Source: Octopus sinensis
Taxonomy: Eukaryota
Assembly: GCF_006345805.1 (NCBI RefSeq)
Contig: NW_021825529.1
Location: forward strand, 1-16,248
Length of the DNA: 16,248 nt
Reading direction: 5' to 3'
Positions within the stretch are counted from its first letter, which is position 1, and the number at the start of each line of letters is the position of its first letter. Shown here one piece after another: positions 10,566 through 16,248 of this stretch. Made by a program: the position numbers and the translations under genes. The notes under the pieces were generated by a model, which saw only the letters and a program-made list of their open reading frames with translations, was not told where the DNA came from and searched no databases.

Positions 10566-10795
10566 AATAATAAATGCGCCCTTTTAAAGCCTAGCCAGGC
10601 TCATGGGCCCAGTTTCCCAGTTTCAATGGCGTATGTGTTCCCCATCTGGATGGGACGCCAGCTGGGTGGACTGGAGCAACGTGAAATGAAGTGTTTTGCT
10701 CAAGAACACAACGCGTCGCCCGGTCCAGGAATCGAAACCACAATCTTACGATCATAATGCTGACACCCTAACCCCTAAGTCACGCGCCTCCACAC
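10566..10795 (-). mobile_element. tRNA-derived SINE family D (head related to family B, CORE-like block) with a 14-bp target-site duplication
   Basis: Minus strand reads GTGGAGGCGCGTGACTTAGGGGTTAGGG...GGTTTCGATTCCTGGACCGGGCG...TGTGTTCTTGAGCAAAACACTT..., with tail GGGCGCATTTATTATT. Flanked by CAGAAGCCTGTTTA at 10552-10565 and 10796-10809. Confidence 0.9.
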
Positions 10796-11171
10796 CAGAA
10801 GCCTGTTTACATTACTGTATTTGCTATAGGTTTTTAAAATGGGAATGATTGTCCCTTAGTTGCCAAAGGCAGCTCAATAGAGCAGTGAGGTTTCTCCTAC
10901 GAAGTTAAATGGGGGATTTGTGATTCGTGTAATGACTCTTAAAGGGTCCTTTATATACATCTATGTATTAGTCTAGGGGTTCAAATCTTGATGAGGAGAT
11001 ATCGTACGATATATCACGTACCTTACCTAATCAGACCATTCAAATTTTCTATTCATATTCGTCGACATATCATCCATTCAAATACATTTAGTAATCGACC
11101 AAACACATTCCTTGATATATCAACAAATCAAATTCGTTTACATAAAGTGTCAATTGAAAAATATTTGATAT

Positions 11172-11718
11172 CTCTCTTTTACTCTTTTACTTGTTTCAGT
11201 CATTTGACTGCGGCCATGCTGGAGCGCCGCCTTTGATCGAGCAACTCGACCCCGGGACTTATTCTTTTGTAAGCCTAGTACTTATTCTATCGGTCTCTTT
11301 TGCCGAACCGCTAAGTAACGGGGACGTAAACACACCAGCATCGGTTGTCAAGCAATGCTAGGGGGACAAACACAGACACACAAACACACACACACGAAAA
11401 TATATATATATATATATATATATATAGTAAAGAAAAATAAGTTGGCTAGCAGCAAGCTGTTTCGCCTCATACCGAAGGAATGAGGCTTCGTTTTTGGAAT
11501 CTCCACTTATATAGAATGGAAAAAACGGTCTTTGACTGCCATTTCTAATTCCTTCGGTATGAGGCGAAACAGCTTGCTGCTAGCCAACTTATTTTTCTTT
11601 ACTAATACTGAACCTTACAAAGGTCTTGACAATTATTTTGTCGTATTTACAACCGAAATTTACCGGTAAATAATTGTTGGTTACATGAAAAACCACAGGA
11701 AAATTATTTACCATTTTT

Positions 11719-11773
<55 letters not shown>

Positions 11774-11990
11774 ATATATATATAAATATATTATTATATA
11801 TATATATATAGATATATATAAATACATATATACGACGGGCTTCTTTCAGTTTCCGTCTGCCAAATCCACTCACAAGGATTTGGTCGGCCCGAGGCTATAG
11901 TAGAAGACACTTGCCCAAGATGCCACGCAGTGGGACTGAACCCGGAACCATGTGGTTGGTAAACAAGCTACTTACCACACAGCCACTCCT
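11172..11990 (-). mobile_element. Young family A SINE whose (TA)n linker carries a ~300-bp insertion
   Basis: Tail 11172-11395 and head 11830-11990 (A box reverse complement CCACACAGCCA; CORE GACACTTGCCCAAG) closely match 192-633. Separated by (TA)n, unique sequence 11425-11724, then (TA)n. Confidence 0.9.
11425..11604. repeat. Perfect 57-bp inverted repeat with a 66-bp spacer (MITE-like, or a Penelope-type inverted terminal duplication)
   Basis: 11425-11481 TAGTAAAGAAAAATAAGTTGGCTAGCAGCAAGCTGTTTCGCCTCATACCGAAGGAAT is the exact reverse complement of 11548-11604. Confidence 0.93.
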
Positions 11991-12069
11991 TATTTTTTCG
12001 GTGAAGCAGTTATAACTGTTCTAGATTATTGCAATTTTAGCATACCATTAATATATATCTTACAAGGTA

Positions 12070-12285
12070 GCCTGCCAACTTTTGTTATTCAAGCCTGAAG
12101 AAGACGGCTGTAACAGAACCTTGAACACGCTTCACTAAACACTGTTTGTGACAGATGGCAGAAAGTGAAGAGTGCAGTCAGAAAGCGAAGACAATTTGGA
12201 AATTCGCTATTCAATAAAATTTTGGTAAACCGGGCAAAAATACTATAAAAACTTATGAAATGCTCCAGACAGCTTATAGTTTAAC
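12070..12285 (+). mobile_element. mariner-family DNA transposon relic: 5' region and frameshifted transposase N-terminus
   Basis: 12187-12225 gives EDNLEIRYSIKFW and, after a +1 shift, 12227-12280 gives KPGKNTIKTYEMLQTAYS. This matches the mariner helix-turn-helix N-terminus E.RY.IKF..KLGK.ATETY.MLQ.A(Y/F)G. Confidence 0.75.
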
Positions 12286-12411
12286 CAGCAGTGTTTCATA
12301 TTATATAGAAAAAAACATATTTTGAGTGAAATAATCATTTATTTGTTATTTTCACTTGCGTAATGTTATTTGCGTGATGTATTTTATTTAATAACTAGCA
12401 CTATGACCCGG

Positions 12412-12802
12412 TGGAGGCGCAATGGCCCAGTGGTTAGGGCAGCGGACTCGCGATCATAGGATCACGGTTTCGATTCCCAGACCGGGCGTTGTGAGTTTTA
12501 TGAGCGAAAACACCTAAAAGGCTCACGAGGCTCAGGCAGGGGATGGTGGTGATCCCTGCTGTACTCTTTCACCACAACTTTCTCTCACTCTTACTTCCTG
12601 TTTCTGCTGTACCTGTATTTCAAAGGGGCGGCCTGTCACACACCTGTGTCATGCTGAATATCCCCGAGAACTACGTTAAGGGTGCACGTGTCTGTGGAGT
12701 GCTCAGCCACTTACACGTTAATTTCACGAGCAGGCTGTTCCGTTGATTCGGTTCAACCGGAACCCTCGTCGTCGTAACCGACGGAGTGCTTCCTTCCTTC
12801 CT
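12412..12802 (+). mobile_element. Full-length tRNA-derived SINE family B with a 12-bp target-site duplication
   Basis: A box TGGCCCAGTGG (12423-12433), B box GGTTTCGATTCC (12466-12477), (TTCC)n tail. ACTATGACCCGG at 12400-12411 and 12803-12814. Confidence 0.93.
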
Positions 12803-12823
12803 ACTATGACCCGGCAACGTCGC

Positions 12824-12915
12824 TACTGGCGTCGACTTGCTCAACCAAACCCTTCAAGGGCGGTGCCCCAGCATGGCCGCAGTTCAACGACATAAACAAC
12901 GGAAAGATAAAAGAA
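12824..12915 (+). mobile_element. Diverged family A-like SINE 3' tail
   Basis: TACTGGCGTCGACTTGCTCAAC...GGGCGGTGCCCCAGCATGGCCGCAGTT...AAAGATAAAAGA matches 540-630. Confidence 0.7.
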
Positions 12916-13124
12916 ATAGGGCTTCTTTTTGTTCCATGTCCCTTAACTACAATATCATATTCGTCCTGTTTTAATTCCGTCGCTGTTTTTACCCTTAAGT
13001 TCCACCAAAATCCTTTCATCTCTCCGTCTGAATGGATTCATTTTATATCGGCTGCAGTTCTTTTTTTGTTTCATTCGCACACAATTAGAGATTGTTCTCG
13101 CTCCCACAATCATACAGCATATCT

Positions 13125-13592
13125 TGCATGTATGTATGCATGTATGTATGTATGTATGTATGTATGTATGCATTATGTATGTATGTATGTATGTATGTAT
13201 GTAGGTATGTATGCATGTATGATGTATGTATGTATGTAGTTGTATGTATGTGTGTATGTATGTATGTTATGTATGTATGTATGTATGTAGGTATGTATGA
13301 TGTATGTATGTGTTATGTATGTGTGTATGTTTGTATGTATGTATGTATGTATGTATGTATGTATGTATGTATGTATGTGTGTATGTATGCATGTGGTGTG
13401 TGTCTGCGGCTGTCTGTCTATCTATGTGTATGTATTTGCATATGTATTCATGCCTGTATGTATGTATGTATGTTATGTATGTATGTAGTCTGTATGTATG
13501 GTGTATGCATGTATTATGTTGTATGTATGTATGGGTGTATGTATTATGTATGTATGTATGTATGTATGTATGTGGTGTATGTATGTATTATG

Positions 13593-13623
<31 letters not shown>

Positions 13624-14125
13624 TTTATGTAATGTGTTTGTTGTATGTATGTGTGTATTGCATGTATGTATGTATGTGTGTATGCATGTATGTATGTATG
13701 TATGTATGTATGTATGTGTGTGTATGTAAATGTTATGTATGTATGTATGTATGTATGTATGTATGTATGGATGTATGTAATTTGTTATGTATGTATGCAT
13801 GTATGTATGTATTGTATGTATGTATGTATGTGTGTGTGTATGATGCATGTCTGTAGTAATGTATGGTATGTATGTATGTTTGTGTGTATGTATGCATGTA
13901 TGTATGTATGTATGTGTGTGGTGTATTTCTCTACGTATGCATGCCTGCATGTATGGATGTATGGATGTAGTCATGCAGGCATGTCTGTCTGTCTGTGTGT
14001 CTGTCTGTCTGTATGTATGTATGTATGTATGGCTGTATGTATGCATGCATGTGTATATTTGTCTCTGTATGCATGTTGATATGTGCGTTTGTATGTATAT
14101 GTTTCTATATGTATGTATGTATGTT
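13125..14125. repeat. About 1-kb (TATG)n array, imperfect
   Basis: Direct reading. Confidence 0.95.
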
Positions 14126-14223
14126 TTTTAATGGTGTATATTTAAGTCTTTTTTTCCTTTCCAAGTTTGAAGTCGGTCACTTCTAAATTGGCAAGGTTCC
14201 CTTAAAGTCAACATTCCTTGGGA

Positions 14224-14256
14224 TGTGTTTGTGTGTGTGTGTGTGTGCGCATTATA

Positions 14257-14299
<43 letters not shown>

Positions 14300-14315
14300 C
14301 TCTCTCTTCTCTTTT

Positions 14316-14346
<31 letters not shown>

Positions 14347-14410
14347 TATATATTTAAGTATACTACGCACAGACACACGCGCACACATTATGCATGCATA
14401 TATGTATGTA
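14224..14410. repeat. Compound (TG)n-(CT)n-(CA)n microsatellite
   Basis: Direct reading. Confidence 0.93.
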
Positions 14411-14592
14411 TATTTATATGTCAACAGAAAAAAAAACCATATTTGAAAAATACACCCGTGCAATTCCCCCGCGAGGGATTCCTATTAAAATATATAACGA
14501 AAATCCAGTATGTATACTTTTCTACAGTAACGGGTAGAAATAACGAACTACAATGACAGCATCCGCAGGAGCAGTAGCAACAACAGCAACAG

Positions 14593-14762
14593 TGGAGGCG
14601 CAATGGTCCAGTGGTTAGGGCAGCTGACTCGCGGTCGTAAGAACTCGGTTTCGATTCCCAGACCGGGCATTGTGATTGTTTATTGAGCAAAAACACCTAA
14701 AGCTCCACGAGGCTCCGGTAGGGGTGGGCGTCACTTTGATGGCATGCACTGCTCTCTCACTC

Positions 14763-14829
<67 letters not shown>

Positions 14830-14872
14830 TGATAATAATAATAATGATAATAATAATAATGATAATAATAAT
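14593..14872 (+). mobile_element. SINE family B head fused to a different 3' end with an (AAT)n tail
   Basis: 14593-14727 matches 12412-12547. It then switches to GTCACTTTGATGGCATGCACTGCTCTCTCACTC followed by (AAT)n at 14763-14872, which is absent from the 12412 copy. Confidence 0.8.
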
Positions 14873-15043
14873 TTTAATTTAACTTTATTTCTTGCAAAAA
14901 AAAAAAAGAACGAACTAGTGAGTTTAGTTTAATGGCCTACCAATGTATACTATGAGTTTCTTTGCCCTAGGAGTCGGGAAGACACTCCGCCAGAAATGGA
15001 AGCGAATTTGAAAGAAGAAGAAAAACCTATAAATGATAATAAT

Positions 15044-15254
15044 GATAATAATGGTTACACATTTTGGCACAAGGCCAGCAAGTTCGGGGACGCGGGAGGG
15101 GTTAAGTCCAGTACTCAACTAATACTTATTTTATCGATTCCGAAAGGACGAAAGACAAAGTCAACCTCGGCGAAATTTGAATTCACAACGTAAAGACGGA
15201 CGAAATGCCGCCAACGATTTAGCCCGGCATGTCAACGATTCTTACCAGAGCATT
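15044..15254 (-). mobile_element. SINE family C variant with a different 3' tail
   Basis: TACTTATTTTATCGATTCCGAAAGGACGAAAGACAAAGTCAACCTCGGCGAAATTTGAATTCACAACGTAAAGACGGACGAAATG is a reverse-complement match to 6840-6945. Possible low-complexity TSD AATGATAATAAT at 15032-15043 and 15255-15266. Confidence 0.85.
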
Positions 15255-16073
15255 AATGATAATAATAATAATAAATGGTAATACAAACAGTGTTCTCTTT
15301 CTATTTCAGTTGCTAATTATATCTATTAAATATATTCTATAGTTTTTTTTTTAAAAGCCTCGACATAATGTCTTTACTTTTATCTCTAAATAAAAACACA
15401 TTGTTTTTAACGATTCCACGAAATAATGGAACTGAAGAATTCTCTCAATAGTCTTTCTTGCCTCATGATACCGAGACAACCAAGCATTGGCTTGTTTTAA
15501 TCGTGGTGTTTCATTGTCACAGAAGAGAGCCCACACTGTATTTTCACTAAGCATTGTTCAATGTTAACAACTAAAATATGCAGTAGGTGGATCATAGTAA
15601 TGGCTGAGATGACTAGATGCAATGATTTTTTTATGTTGATTTAATCCTCGTCTTTACAGTTCAGCAATTGAACCACGTAATTTCTTGGGTAGAAAACAAA
15701 TCATGTGTAAAACCATCGTATGATGTGTGTGTGTGTGTGTGTGCGTATGCGCGAGTCTGATACAAAGATACGACAAAACACAAACAAACAAACAAGCATA
15801 CATACATACATACAAACATGGTGGGGCTGCCCCCTCGTTATCGAGTATGGCCATTGCACGAAGCTTAATCAATGTTGTTATCGTGCAATGCCTGTGCAAG
15901 AGAGATTTTTTTTAAAGTGAGGAAAGGCTGTGCACTGAATCAATCCCACTCACTAAGCAACAGCAGCCATAATCCGAAAAGAAGAACAAGTCGACGTCAT
16001 CGGTAACCACTGAGCCGCAGGTTTTATGTCGGAGTTACCCCAGTTACCTGAGTTGTCATCTCTTGGAAGGATG

Positions 16074-16248
16074 CATACATACATACATACATACATCATA
16101 CATACGTATATACATACATACATACATACATACATTCATACATACATACACACATACATACATACATACATACATACACACATACATACCTACATACATG
16201 CATACATACATACATACATACATACATATACTTACATGCATACATACA
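16074..16248. repeat. (CATA)n microsatellite running off the window end
   Basis: Direct reading. Confidence 0.95.

Noticed and set aside
12095-12125. CTGAAGAAG as another hammerhead core
   Set aside because: No stem II or GAAA follows, and it lies in the 5' region of the mariner relic.
12412-12485. tRNA gene (also 192-262, 6803-6890, 10720-10793 and 14593-14665)
   Set aside because: A and B boxes are present, but acceptor and anticodon stems do not pair properly and each continues into a SINE body. These are SINE heads.
12804-13173. Two overlapping minus-strand ORFs (71-72 aa)
   Set aside because: Each end lies in a SINE tail or a microsatellite, and no protein motif is recognisable.
16030-16070. 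Minus-strand microexon ending in CAG|GTAACT
   Set aside because: It would be only about 14-23 nt, abuts a microsatellite, has a weak acceptor and shows no recognisable peptide.

Overview
Repeat-saturated, AT/CA-rich animal genomic DNA, most likely intronic or intergenic sequence from an octopus (cephalopod). The organism call is inferred from the SINE families and the extreme microsatellite load. No host protein-coding gene can be supported: nearly all listed ORFs are read-throughs of microsatellites. The window holds about 14 copies or fragments of four tRNA-derived SINE families (three with clear target-site duplications and one with a candidate). It also holds relics of a Penelope-like GIY-YIG endonuclease (9944-10153), an RTE-clade LINE (6596-6742, minus) and a mariner transposase (12187-12280), plus very long simple-repeat arrays. 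The most interesting signal is a set of three unrelated 200-300 bp inserts, each embedded in a microsatellite. Two carry a minimal type-I hammerhead-ribozyme fold (1879-1913 and 8612-8649). The third carries a perfect 57-bp inverted repeat with a partial hammerhead-like fold (11425-11604). Together they suggest small ribozyme-bearing, Penelope- or retrozyme-like elements that target microsatellites.
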